Part shown: positions 49,501-62,752 of the stretch, in pieces
Layout of the letters: each line of letters begins with the position of its first letter
How positions within the stretch are numbered: position 1 is the first letter of the stretch
Assembly: GCF_018977255.1 (NCBI RefSeq)
Contig: NW_024704743.1
Span: 15,130,001 to 15,194,000 of the forward strand
Source: Callorhinchus milii
Taxonomy: Eukaryota
Length of the DNA: 64,000 bases
Reading direction: 5' to 3'
Made by a program: the position numbers and the translations under genes
The notes under the pieces: model-generated
Told to the model about the DNA's origin: nothing
What the model saw: the letters and a program-made list of their open reading frames with translations, nothing else
Database searches by the model: none

Positions 49501-50717
49501 AGGGGTGAGATCAGATGGAGATATCAGGGTTGATTAAGATGGATACTATTAAGTGTCCATGCCTCTGTCCTGATAACTTCAGGATTAAATGATGGTTCGG
49601 AAGTGCAGTTCCTGTTTCATGCAAGTTTCACTCATAGTTCAATAAATGATGGGTAACTGTTGTAAATTTTTGTTTGCATTGGACAAAGTTCCTGTAGATA
49701 ACACTATTTTATGATAATTCCACAGCAGGAGAAATAATGCTGCTGACATTCCAAATGGACTCTTTGATGCAGAATGTTTAGATGCAACTTGTGTGTTTGA
49801 TGAACTGATCTGCAAAGATCAACGATTCATTCAGTGTGAATTGAGTGAGAATCTCAGTATCGGTCATGGTGCCATAGAGATGATTATTGGTAACTTTGGT
49901 GGGCGGGCTCCACGAATGTTAACTTTTTCGCAAAGAAACCAGAAAGGCTATTTGCACATCATTTTACCATAACAGCACACTGGCACTGATTCCACATTTT
50001 CACAAGTGTGTAGATCGTGATGGTGACTTTGTGGAAAAATAGCTGCACTAGTATATTTTTAAAAAGCTTCTTTTGTATCTATGTTAAGTTTTGTACGTTA
50101 ACAATTAAAAAATTTGAGTTGTCCATCATAATTGCAAGGTATGACTGAGATGTCATAAATTTAGATATACCATAAGATTATCGATCAATTTGAATATACT
50201 TATTTTGAGTCCAGTCAGTGGATTTGTATCTCTGTAATCTATAAATTCTAATTGCTTCATTGGTACAATCCCAGTTTCTATTACTGTGACAAAAATATTT
50301 AGCTTTTACAACATTGTGGATTTATTTCGTAGGTGACTATAAATTGGTTATTGGCCTTTTTGATTATTCTGAAATATAAACTTAAATCATTCCTTTTTTT
50401 TAGTAATGTAAATGTTTATGCAGGTGTTTTTTTTTAAAAAAGGCTGTAGTTTGGACTGAAATTATGAAATTGGTGAAAAATAGAGGTGAAAGATGCAACT
50501 TCCACCAGGATTTCACACAAGAGTGAAACATTGTGTGCTATTCTATTTAGACTGATCTAATCCATGTGAATAACTGCAAAGAGTTATAATATCTTAATTT
50601 ATGATAATATCAGAATTTCTGGATACTGTATACATCCAGAATTTGTAGTTAACATAGCATTTCATTTTTATGTTTGTGGGTTCCTTTCACTGTTTTCAGT
50701 TAATTATGTTAAAAATA

Positions 50718-51369
50718 CAGTGGAACCTCAATCTTTGAGATGGGAATTCAAAATGGATGCCATTTGCAATTGTGTGATGATCATTTAATTTCACTGAATG
50801 CGTTGTCGTTCACCATACAAGAAATTATTACATGAAATGGGTGGTTCACAATTTATTTATTGCACTGTATTTAAATTTGTGAGATAGATGTTATAATTTA
50901 GGACAGAAACTATGTTATTGTGGGCAGAACAATTTTGCTTGTTTTAACACTAAGCTAGTTTCAGATATGAGCAACATAACAGTACACTAAAACCCCAACT
51001 AGCTAGACTAATGGGGGGAGAAATCTGGTCTGACCAGCGGGAATTTGCAGCTAAGTGTAGTTACAATGCCGATACCAGAAAAATACCAATAAATGCTGGT
51101 ATGGGCATTGGAATTGTTTCGATCCCATGAAAAGAAGACAGGTTGAAAGGTAGTGAATAAGCTGTCCTCTGCTCACGAGATTCAATCCGAGTCAAAGTCA
51201 CTGTGAAGACTGTGAGGTGGGAAAAACATCATTTGGGCTGTTCATGTTGGTACAAGCTAGGAGAGTTGGGAGTTGAGCCTACTGATGGGCCCACAGAATT
51301 TTTTTTTAATTTTGCTGTTTCAGACTCAGCCTCGTTCGAATTCCGGATACCTGGAGTCGAGGTTTACTG
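50718..51369. mobile_element. Possible non-autonomous Tigger/pogo-like DNA element
   Basis: TA-cagtggaacctc at the left end and gaggtttactg at the right end (imperfect TIRs); interior not recognisable. Confidence 0.35.
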
Positions 51370-54300
51370 AATGTTGCATTTTCTATTTCACTTTGGATTT
51401 ACTGTATTCAGTATTGTGACGGTATTTTTTTATACATCAACGCAACAGCCAATTGGAGCACAGCAACATCCCACAGCAGGCTGAAGCGAATGACCAATTT
51501 TATCTGGGGGACTATTGGCCAGGACACTGAGGAACATAGGAATAGGAGTAGGCCATTGAGCCTCAAGCCTGTTTCACAATTCTATTAGATCATGCTTGAT
51601 CTGTACCTCAACTCCATTTACCTGCCTTTGCTCCATATCCCTTGATACCCTTCTCTTGCTAAATGTGCCATGGGATCTTTAACTTCCAGCTGAACAGGCA
51701 GAAAGGAGCTGGGTTCAACTTATTCAAAGGACTGCACCTCCAACAATGCAGCATTTGATCTGATGATCATAACCATTAAAATACTTCAGAGCACTTTATC
51801 CTAAACTTAAGTCTTTGAAGCTTGTGGCTATTCATTGAAAACATTGGGCAAAATTTTTTCAAAAATTAATTTACAAAGTTATCTTTGGGATTTCAGTGAA
51901 ACTTAATGGCATTACCCATGAGGTAGACGTTACAGTAATAATATTTAAACTATAGATTGCTGAATAGAGTTTTGGAATGAAATGTTTCTGGGTCAGATGT
52001 AACCAATGACAAAACCAAAAAGAAGCAGCTAAGCTGAGCATTTTTCACGGTTGACTGATGGGAGCTATATTAAATGCAAGGATTATTAATGTTTATTTTT
52101 AGATTTCTTTCTAGTCTTCTCATCTCTCAAATGAAATCAAGATATTCTCTTATTGGAGAGCGACAGGAAAGGACTTGGCTTAGTTACTCAAACGGTTAAA
52201 AATGAATGTTTCTTCTGTCACAAATTGGAGAGCATACTCTTTGTGCCTAACCTATCTAATAATATCTCGCAAGAGCTATGCTTAGGAAGGCTGCCAAGGT
52301 TACTGCTATTTACAGAATAGTGGCATAATATTTCAAAACTACTAGTGTAAAGAACTAATATGTACTAGTCTTTTCTTGAATTACGATCTTTATGTTGAGT
52401 CTACATGAATTCAAAGTACAGTGCATCATGTTATTGCATTCTTTTCTTCATCAGCCCCCCACACACCCTGTTGCTTAAGGAAAAACTGTGTGATCCAGCA
52501 GTTTACATTCAAGTATATTCTTTGTGTTCGCCATATTTAGGTTTCCAACAACCATATTCTTTTAACATTTATGATTAAAAAAAATAATCTACAAACAGGA
52601 AATGGAGTCATGTTAGCGTATTGATTAGAGCACTAGCCTCACTGGCCTGGGTTCGATTCCCAGGCAGGATGAAACGTTAAGCAATTTTCCTTACTCCACA
52701 CACCTGTTTACTTGGCAGTAAGTAGGAAACCAATTGTTAGCCGATTGGAGGATCTCTTTTCCGGAGTAATAATCTCTTCAAATTAAAAAAAAATTTGGTC
52801 ACTCAATCCACAACTGTTTGTGGGACACTGCTATACACAATTGGCTGCCACATTTTGCCTACAAAATATACATTCACTTTACAATATTCTGTGGATCTCC
52901 TTGAGACGCATTGAAGATGTGATAAGGCACTATATCAAATACAAGGAATATTATTATTAAAATGCTGGAAACTCACAGGAGGTAGATCAATATCTGAAAG
53001 GGAAAAATAGGTCAGAGGTTCAGGCATAACCTTACCCTGGACTGTAGAGCTCCTCCATCAAAGTCAGGAGCTCTTCGTTTCAGGTAGATTTCATCCACTC
53101 GCCACTGAAATAGGGCGCCGATCCCCATGAGCATATCTGTCAGTTAGCAAGGACACTTGTCATATTCCCATTTTTCTTATACGTAGGGAAATGTTTCACA
53201 TTCATGTAATCCCATCTGATATTTATTCCGTGAGTCAATGGTAAAATTCGATAGAGAGTATACAGAACAACAGTACAAATATTTTTCTTAGTAAAGGGTG
53301 TGCACCATGGGGTTCCTTCTGCCTAATTTCTGAGCAGATAAATGCTAAATCTGTGCACCTAAAATAAGGGCATTTGGGCTTAGCAATAAAGCATTTTAAC
53401 TGATAAGAACCTTTTCACACCTTAAAATACATTGTCACTGATCTTACTATGAGCCAACAATAATGTGAAATTAAAAATCAACTTCAGAATCTACACTTTT
53501 TTCTAAACCTGAAGATTAGATTTGGGGTCGTATTGATCCGTTTATTTTTGGCTCAATTTAACAATTTATGGAGATGCTGCCCAATAGTAGGATAAATTCT
53601 AATACAAACAAAAAATTAGTACCAGTCTGGAATCAGGATAAAAATTACTTTAAGGATCTAAATAAAATATTCCAGAAAAAGGTTAGAAAAAGTGATGTTC
53701 CAATATGCTAATTTTGATGGAATGGTAATTCTTATGGCAAACCTGATTTGAATGTTTGACTTAGTCTAATTCAGCAATTTTATAATTTTGTAAGAAATCT
53801 GTTCTTTATCCAAAAGGAGACTGTGTTAAAACCATTCATATCATTTAAATAATTACCATGTAATAGTTATCATGGCAGGAGAAAATAGGGTTGATAATGT
53901 GTACATGAGAAAATATAATATAAACTCCCCTCATGACTCATTTGATTAAAGTACTATTCAAAGAAGCTGGAGGCCAGAAAAGTTGTGTCAGCTGACCTTA
54001 CTTGGGTTGCTGGTAGTAGGAGTCAATGAATGGCTTCAGCATCCAGGGCTATGAGAAGAAGCACCTTTAAGGTGTCAGTAAACACTATTAAACGTTGTAT
54101 GTGAACATTAATTGAGAGCAGGAATCCGCTTGGATGTTATTTCTCTGCCTATTCGCATAGCTTGATGATAAGTATTGCCTCGGCCTCCATGTGAAGAATC
54201 GGCAAGGTACTGGAACTTTGCTGGCGCCTGTGAATTGATGCCTCAAAATAATTTGGTGTCCAGTGGGTTGGGAGAGGTGGGGAAGAGATGAAATAACTAA

Positions 54301-54576
54301 GAGTCTGAAAGAACCTGTTTCATGTTTGATGTTAGGTATGTTTGAAGACTTGTTTCTTCATCCTTTTATAGATAATAAAATGAATGGTAAGTAGGGTTTC
54401 ACTGGGGTTGAATTGGTTCTGAACAAACACACATAACAAAGTCAGGCAGTCCTGCAGCAAATCTGAGACATTGTGATAGTTGATTTGTTTAGAACTATTA
54501 AAGAGAAAGCCTTAAACAATAGGAGAACCATAGTCAGGCATTGTTAACATTATGGTTTTAGCTGTTTTGTCTATTA

Positions 54577-54965
54577 ACAACAACAACTTGCATTTATATA
54601 GCCCCTTCATGCAGGGTAGCATCCCAGAACAATTCACAGTTTCGGAGTCTGACAACGAACCAGGGGAGAGGGAGGTGACGGTAAGCATGATCAAAACGGA
54701 AGGTCTTAGGTGGGATTTGAAGGTGGGGAGGGAGGGGGCAAGGAGGAGGGATTGAAGAGAGAGAGTTCCAGAGTTTCAGAGGCAAGGTGGCTGAAGGTAC
54801 AGCCACCGATGGTGGAGCAAAGGGCACGAGGGACAATCAGCAGGCCAGAGCCAGCCGAGCAGAGGCAGCGGATGGTGGAGTGGGTGGTAAGCTGGTTGGA
54901 TAGATAGGAAGGTCCAAGAGAATTAAGTGATTTGAAAACGAGTGAGAGGATCTTGAAATCAATCC
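54577..54965 (-). mobile_element. L2 LINE 3' fragment
   Basis: Homology to L2 3' ends; (CAA)n tail on the + strand. Confidence 0.7.
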
Positions 54966-55059
54966 GTTCGGTGATTATTTTTTTGTATTATTATTGGGAG
55001 TCAGTGATGGTGTGATGGGGGGGCTAACATCTAACCTAACACTGAGGTGATAGATAATG

Positions 55060-55840
55060 CGGATCAATGGATACCATCCACATGGATGTTCAGAAGATAT
55101 TTGATAAGATTCTGCACAAAAGACTTCTGCCTAATGTTAATATAAACTTGGAGCCATGTCATGGATAGCAAATAAACTGGGAAGTAGGGAGAGAGTTGGA
55201 ATAAAAGAGACATTTTCTGATTGGCAGCAGTGATCAGTGTTGTTCCCTTGGGATTGGTGCTGTGGCCTCAGCTTTTCGCTTTATACATAAATTAAATAGA
55301 TATAAAAAGAGGATAGTGTTTCCATCATTTACACATAAATCATCTTGATATGGGAACAGGGGGTAATGCATCTATATTTACAGCTGTTACTGCAAATTAT
55401 AGTAGAAAATTGCAAAAGGATTATGTGACTGGGCAGAACATTTAGACGTATGGAAGTTAGGATGTATAAAGGGAGAAACTTTAGCTAGGGATACATGAAC
55501 AAATGGGATGTAATAGTTCAAGTATAAAATACTATAAAAAAAAGTTCCAGATGCAGAAAACAGTCAAAAAAAAAGGTGACCCTGTCCCTGGGCTTTATAA
55601 CAGGATATATAATCTAAAATGAAGGAAATGCTGCTGTAGTTCCACAGAGCACAAGTCAGGCCTCATTTGGAGTATTATGTTCACATCGTTTTAGGAAGCA
55701 CATGCCAGTTTTGGAAAGATTTTCTTTGATTCTACAATTTGCTGGAGTATGGGGAATAGACAGGTACATTTTAATTGCTTTTTCAAAAAGCTAGCACAGA
55801 CATGAATGGCCAACTCGCCTTCTGTGTTGTAAATTTCTGT
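55060..55840 (+). mobile_element. Highly degraded CR1 RT region
   Basis: Remnants of FQKxFDKI, VPxGLVLWPQLF and RPHLEYYV. Confidence 0.5.
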
Positions 55841-56854
55841 TTCTGAGTCCAGCAATGAAGTTATAGGGACTTGGCAGTTAGAGGCTGGGTGAACAAGTTG
55901 GTTATGGGATTATGTAATGAGATATTCAAAATAATGAAGATAGATGCAAAACATCTTTTCCCTCCAGTGGGGGAATCTGGAAAAGGAAACATAATCATAA
56001 AATTAGAATTTCCACAGCGCTGTAAATGGGGTCCACATTGCATTGTGTTAAAAACTGAATTTGTGTTAGAAAAAAAGTGTTAGAATGGAGCCGCACCAGT
56101 GTATCACAATCAAGCTGTTGGTTGTTAACACTGACTTGTAATACTCCTACAGTGGAAAATGTCTTCTTTTGATTTACTAAATGTGGCATGTCTGAAGCTG
56201 ATTTGAGAGTATCTTCATGTGATGTTTGTCTCAGCATTCAATGCACTTAGCTGGTTCTTCCTGTATGACATCCTGATTGGATTTCTTAATTGATTATGTA
56301 GAAGGTGAAAAAGACAAAGAAATCATGGAGACCAACATGCACTGTTCAATGCAATTGAAATACAAGATCAAGTGAATCACCTAGCAATTTTTATTTGCAA
56401 TTTCCTGCATTGGAACATAAATATGTAGCAAAACATTTTTTAAAAAAAGTAAACCTGTGTAGAATTTAAAGACTGTTCACATGCTCCAGATTTTTACAAC
56501 GTTTATCTAGGCCACACCTATGCTATTTCAAGCAATAATTTCAAGTTCTTTCCAAACCTTTTGCTTCCAATTTCCTTTACCTTTTTCTCAAGTGCTTTTT
56601 CGCTCCCAGTCTCTTATCTTTTGTTTTATGTATGTTTAGGTAGCATAAATTAATTAATGTAGAATATGCTCTGAAAAACATGTTAAATTTTAACCAGGCA
56701 AAACGGTTTTCTATATGTGTTCTGTCAATTGTTCTTTCAAAAGTCAAAATAAAATGTGTAAAGCCGAGTAGGCAAATATTTGTGACATTCCTGATTGCAG
56801 TTATTCTTAAATCTCTAAAGCATAACACTGCTCTAACGTACATAGCAGTAGTTT

Positions 56855-58730
56855 AACTCTGGAACGCTCTCCCTCAATCCCTTGCCCCCTCTCCCCTTTT
56901 TCAAGTCCCGCCTGAAAACCTTCCTCTTTGACTGTGCTTACGGCCACCTCCCCTCTCCATCGCCCTCCCCGACTCGGAGTCAGGTTATACCACTGTTAAG
57001 CGCTCCGAGACGCTAACCTGCGTGGAGGGTGCTATATGAATGCAAGTTGTTATTGTCGTATTGTTTTTGTTTAAAATGCAACAATAGCTGCAGTATGGCA
57101 CTTTTTCAATATACGACTAAAATACCAAAGTACATTCCAATTTTAAGTGATAAAGCACTGAGGCTGATTTGAGCTAAACTTGTACTTGCATGTAAAAAAA
57201 AATCCAGATGCTGTTAATGTTGTAATTTAGTAATGGTTAACATGTGCTGTTCAGATTTAATAAAGACTACCTTTGTTTTTGTATAAATGGAGACATTTCA
57301 GTGCCTATTCAGCTGATTTGTAATATCAAGTTAAATCTGAAGAACTGTTTGTTTGTTAACACAATATTCCACTGTTCCAAGCAAAATACTCTTATCAATT
57401 TAGGAAGCATTTCTGTGAGGAAATTAACAGCATTATTTATAATCATGTTCAATAGATTGACAATTTAAAATGTTTCGGAAACTGGTTAGCAGACTTATAT
57501 CAATGCTTAATTTAGAATCATTAGAAATTACAACATATAAATAGACAACAACGGCAAGAACTTGGATTTATATAGCGCCCTCCACACCGGACGGCGTCTC
57601 AGAGCGCTTTACAGTAACGGATCCCGGGGCCGAGCCAGGGGGAGGGTGGGGATGGTGACCAAAGGCGTGGTCAAAGAGAAAGGTCTTCAGCAGAGACCTG
57701 AAAATGGGAAGGGAGGGAGCGAGACGAAGGGAGTGAGGAAGGCAGTTTCAGAGCCTCGGGACATAGTGGCCGAAGGCACGGCCGCCGAGGGTGGAGCGGA
57801 GACAAGGAGGAGGCCAGACCCAGAGGAATGAAGGCAATGGGTACTGTTTTGAGGAGAGAGGAGTTCAGAGAGGTCGGGGGTTGCAGAAGAGTGCAGGGAC
57901 TTGAATACAAGGGTGAGGATCTTGAAATTGATCCTCTCTGGGATAGGCAGCCAGTGCAGTCTGGCAAGGACTGGGGTGATCAGGGAGCAGAGTTTCGTGC
58001 AGGGGAGAATGCGGGCGGAAGAGTTTTGAATGATTTAGATTTTATGGATGGTAGTGGATGGGAGACCGGCAAGAAGGACGTTAGAGTAGTCCAGCCGAGA
58101 GGTGACAAAGGCATGGACCAGAGTTTCAGCGGCTTTTGGGGAGAGGTATTAGTGGAGACGGACAATGCGTCAGAGGTAGAAGAAAGTGGTGCTGGTGAAG
58201 GATCAGATGTGGGGTAGAAAGGATAATTGGGGGTTGAACCTGACGCCTGGGTTGCAGACGGGTTTGGAGAGATTTAGGGGAGGTCGGGTAGGTGGAGGAG
58301 GTGAGAACCGTAAGATTTTAGACGTTGATGAGAGCCAAAGAGTATGGCTTCCGTCTTGTCAACATTCAGCTGAAGGAAGTTTGCGCTCATCCAGCCCCTG
58401 AGATCTGACAGGCAGACTGACAGAACATCAGGGGACTGGGAGTCGCAAAGAGAGGTGGAAAAATAGAGTTGGGTGTTGTCTGCATACATGTGGAAATGTA
58501 CCCCATGTCTGTGGATGACATCCCCAAGAGGAAGCATGTAGATCAGAAAGAGGAGGGGGCCAAGGATGGATCCTTGGGGTACCCCACAGGTGACCGGGTG
58601 AGAGCGGGAGGAGAAGCCGTTTGTGCAGATGTACTGCTGGTGGTTTGTGAGGTAGGACTCGAACCAGGCTGTAAGAATCCACTGAGGTGGATGACGGAGG
58701 AAAGACCCTTTGTCTGTTCACACCAATGCT
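56855..58730. mobile_element. Second L2 subfamily: short 3' end (56855-57060, +) and ~1.2-kb copy (57545-58730, -)
   Basis: PQGSILGPLLF, HMYADNTQLY, WMSANFLQLN; distinct tail agcgctctgagacgc...gtggagggcgct. Confidence 0.85.
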
Positions 58731-58749
58731 GATGTTACCTGTTTGAGAT

Positions 58750-59553
58750 AACAACAACAAAATTACATTTGTATAGCGCCTTTCACGTCGGAAGGACGTC
58801 CCAAGGTGCTGAACAGACAGAGTTTCGGACCCAAGCTGGGGGTCGGAGTCAGGGAGTGTGGAGGGCGGGGTGGAAGCAGGGAGATCAAAAGCACAGTTGA
58901 AGAGGAAGGTTTTGAGATGGGTCTAGAAGGAGGCAAGAGAAGGGGCGAGTTCCAGAGGGTGGGTGCAGAGTGGCTGAAGGCCGGCCGCCAATAATGGGGC
59001 AAGCGATGGAGGACGTGAAGCAGCGGAGCCCGCTGAGTGGAGTGAGCGAGCAGGATGGTAGGGGGTTAGGAGGTCGCAGAGGTAGGTGGGAGCAAGACCA
59101 TGGAGGGCTTTGAAGAGGACTAGGATCTTGAACTGTATCCTCTATGTGATGGGAAGCCAGTGGAGTCGGGCAAGGCTGGGGGTAATAGGGTCATGGAGCT
59201 TGGTGTGGGAGGACTCGGGTTGCAGAGTTCTGGATGATCTGCAGCTTATGGAGGGAGGAGTTGGGGAGGCTGACAAGCAGTGAGTTTGCTTAGTCAAGCC
59301 TCTATGTAATGAAAGCATTTCGGCGGCATGCGGTGTGAGATAAGTTACTTGAAGTGACCAAACACCCCTTCCCTTGCCTCCTTCGAGGTCCATCTCAAGA
59401 TCTTCCTCTTTGACTGCACCTTCGATCATTTTCCCACCCCACCTCACTTGGCCCCACTTCTCGAATCCAAGCCAGCTCAGATACATTGTCTCAGATACTG
59501 TCCTTGGAACATCCTCCCGATGTGAAAGGCACTATGTAAATACAATTTGTTGT
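58750..59553. mobile_element. Head-to-head L2 3' fragments (58750-59340 -, 59370-59553 +)
   Basis: L2 3' homology on opposite strands, each ending in the stem-loop tail. Confidence 0.8.
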
Positions 59554-59599
59554 AGTGTGCATTTGAGCAATGAAGTGATATCAGGAAGTGATATCAATG

Positions 59600-60662
59600 G
59601 CAACCTGACGACCCGGAGGACAACCATCATTTGGCCGCCCTATTTCCCGCACCACTACCCTCACGCCTTCGCCCTCTTCCCAGAACCATAATAGGGTCCC
59701 CCTAATCCTCACTTTCCACCCCACTAGCCTCAAAATCCAAAAAATAATTCTCTGCCATTTGCGGCACCTCCAGCGTGATCCAACCACTAAGCGTATCTTT
59801 CCCTCCCCTTCCCTCTCAGCGTTCCGAAGGGACCGTTCCCTCTGTGACTCCCTGGTTCATTCCTCCATCACCACCAAAAGTTCTTCTCCTCCCCGGGACT
59901 TTCCCATGCCAGCGTAAGAGATGCAATACCTGCCCTTTCACCTCTCATACCACTGTCCAGAGCCCCAAACATAGATTTCAAGTGAGACAGTGATTTACGT
60001 GTACTACCATCAATGTATTTTACTGCATTCGCTGCTCACGATGTGATCTCCTCTACACTGGGGAGATAAAATGCAGATCAGGTGACCGATTTGCTGAACA
60101 CCTCCGTTCTGTCCGGAAGCACAACCCCGAACTTCTGGTTTCTTGCCACTTCAACTCTGACCTCTCCATCCACGGTTTCCTACGCTGTTCCAATGAGCCA
60201 CAGTGCAAGCTCGAGGAACAGCACCTCATTTATCTGCTAAGGTCCTTACAGCCCTCAATATTGATTTCAACAATTTCAGACCATAACAGCTCACCTTCCC
60301 CCTCCCCCTCTTCTGTGACCATTATCACATCATCTTGGTCCCAGACACATCTTTTTCTCTCTCTGGTCTGCCTATTTTGTTGCAATCTTTATCCCCCTTT
60401 GTTCTGCAGTATTAACACCTCTTTTCCCCTGCTTTGTTGCAATCCCCCCATTTGTTTTGAATTATTAACCCTTTAATCCATCATCCCCTGTCTTCTACCT
60501 CATTTTCTCCTTTGTCTTCCTTGCCCTGCCTGCCCCCAGCCCTTAAAAGACTCTCCCTCCCAACAGACCCCAATTCTGACGAAGAGTTATGGCCCTGAAA
60601 TGTTGACTCACTTTCCTTTCTTCATAGATGCTGTCTGACCTTCTGAGCATTCCTAACAACTT
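59600..60662 (+). mobile_element. Penelope-like element 3' ~1 kb (GIY-YIG endonuclease region + terminal region)
   Basis: PLILTFHP, GTFPCQRKRCNTCP, FTCTTINVFYCIRCSRCDLLYTGE..RFAEHLRSV (with stops and frameshifts). Confidence 0.85.
60571..60610 (+). ncRNA. Minimal hammerhead-ribozyme-like motif in the PLE terminal region (sister copy 9011-9050, -)
   Basis: CTGACGA-agagttatggccct-GAAA-tgttgac; sister copy CTGACTTA-AGGGTC-gtg-GACCC-GAAA. Confidence 0.55.
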
Positions 60663-60701
60663 TTTTTTAATGTCAAGATTGGTGCCCATTAGATGTGTTT
60701 A

Positions 60702-61160
60702 CAACACCACCACCAAAATTACATTTATAGAGCGCCTTTCACGTTGGGAGGACGTCCCAAGGCCCTGGACAGTCAGGGGTCAGGACTCGAGCATGGGGCA
60801 GGGGTGGGTTAGGGGTGAGGGAAGGCAGAGAAGTGGGAGGGCGACTGAAGGCACGATCGAAGAGCAGGGTCTTGAGGCCGACCTTGAAGGAGGCAAGGGA
60901 GGAAGAGAGGCGAAGGGACTGTGGGATGGAGTTCCAGAGTGTGGGGGCAGAGAGGCTGAAAGCTCGGCCACCGAGGTAGGGCGGGTCGGCGGGAGACATG
61001 GAGCAGGCAGGAGCCCGCTGAACGGAGGGAGTGGGCAGGTTGGTAGGGAGTCAGCAGGTCAGAGGTAGGAGGAGGCAAGGCCATGGATAATGGTCTTGAA
61101 AGTGAGGACGAGGATCTTGATTCCATTTTTAGAGCGCCTTTCACGTCGGGAGGACGTCCC
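60702..61160 (-). mobile_element. Young L2 3' end with a second tail stem-loop at its 5' junction (61131-61160)
   Basis: [22 protein letters not shown]; agagcgcctttcacgt.gggaggacgtccc occurs at both ends. Confidence 0.85.
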
Positions 61161-62681
61161 AGCAGCAGGGGAGTGAATTGATGGAAGCTCGCATTCCATG
61201 GAGGAATGTACATACAAAGATAACATTTAGCTAACCTGCCTGTGGTTTCATCTATCATTTTAATTTGTTTTTATGATTTGTTAGTTGAAACATTTTCATT
61301 TTAAGCAACCATGCATGTTGGATGATCCAATGTGCTAGTTTAGATTAATTTGACAAAGGATTTATTGAATAGTTGTAGAATTTCCATTAGTCTTGTGTAT
61401 TGTGTAACATGGTGACGTGTCATCTGAGTGAAGTCCAATTTTAAATAGCTTCATGAAATCAATTTTACTACAACCAACCTCAATATCTAGAATGTGGAGA
61501 GATTGTTTCACAGTGAGTGCCTCTCCCAGATGGACGTGACTACAGATCAAGATCTACTGGGATTCTGCCAGATAGAAAATTGCTCACATTTCTGGCCAGA
61601 CAAATTCCTTGAAAGCCTATACCGCATTTTAGAATGTTTCTGGCAGCAGTTTAGCAACCACCAATGTCTAGGTCAGATCTGATGAGCATTCTTGTTGAGG
61701 CTAATGTTGGGCAAGGATAATAATAATAATCCTTGCATTTGATATGAGTGAGAATGCGGTATCTTCGGTGTCGTGCATGTGGTGGAGTTGTCCTTTTTGT
61801 GTTACATAACTGCTTTTGGGACCTGCTTTCTGTTTTCCCTCCAAGGTTATATTGTTGTCTTTATTTTCCAAATTTTGACCCTATTCATATTCTTGTTGTG
61901 CTAATAAATGTGCAAAAAAGGGAGTTTTTGGTGATTTTCTGGATGGGGCAAGAGCTCATGGGACAGCCATGCATAGTGTATTATATTTATTGCTCCCACT
62001 TGGAACCTTGGTCTCTGATATGAAAGAAGGAGTTGTCACCTTCATGTTAATCTTGCAGAATACTTCAGAGCCATTTTAAAAAGAATGTGTCTGATGTTCC
62101 TTGTCTGTTGCTACTATCTCCCTCATAAGAACACTGCAAGTGAACCGTGATAGAGAATCTGACTCAACCAAGGAGGACTACATTTCTGATGAGTTCCTCA
62201 TTTTTCCCAAGGCTGCAGCTTATTCTTTGAAGATGTTTTATTATTTGGCCACTTATAGGTTTTATATAAAATGTGATATTTGTGTTGTTTTATTTTGAAA
62301 TGGGAATTACAACAACAACAAAATTACATTTGTATAGTGCCTTTTCACGTCGGGAGGACATCCCAAGGGGCTGGAATTAGACTGTAAATGTCTCAGCATC
62401 TATTATTCACTTGCTTGAGTACCTTTTAAATCAATTGTTTGAAAAAATACTGGTCATTTCAATATCCAGGAAGCAACTGCAGTGTTGAATGATTTGTTTT
62501 GTTGTACATATTACAACAATGATCAAAGCCATTTTGTTTTCGCAAAAGAGAAGCAGATGGTCCCACCATTATAGGAGTTTTACTGATTAAAATTGCTTTT
62601 CTATAGGAATAAATATCTTTTGTTTAGTCCGAGCATTTTGGTTTAATGAAATAATTATAGGAGTTTTTTTCATTAATTCAG

Positions 62682-62752
62682 GGGCATCAAAAGATGGAGC
62701 AGTGGATGAAGATGATTTCACAAGAGCATTTGATGACGTGCCTACAGTACAG
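62682..62752 (+). CDS. CLASP2: CLASP2 coding exon, (G)ASKDGAVDEDDFTRAFDDVPTVQ
   Basis: ttaattcag acceptor, CAG|gtattt donor; 71 nt, phase 1 to 0; conserved GAVDEDDFxxAFxDVP motif preceding TOG2. Confidence 0.94.

Noticed and set aside
51324..51361. Possible cassette exon after tttgctgtttcag
   Set aside because: 38 nt (frameshifting), weak gtttac donor, no CLASP similarity, and it overlaps a probable TIR.
62661..62681. In-frame alternative acceptor 21 nt upstream of the last exon
   Set aside because: No polypyrimidine tract before that AG, and the added peptide has no CLASP similarity.
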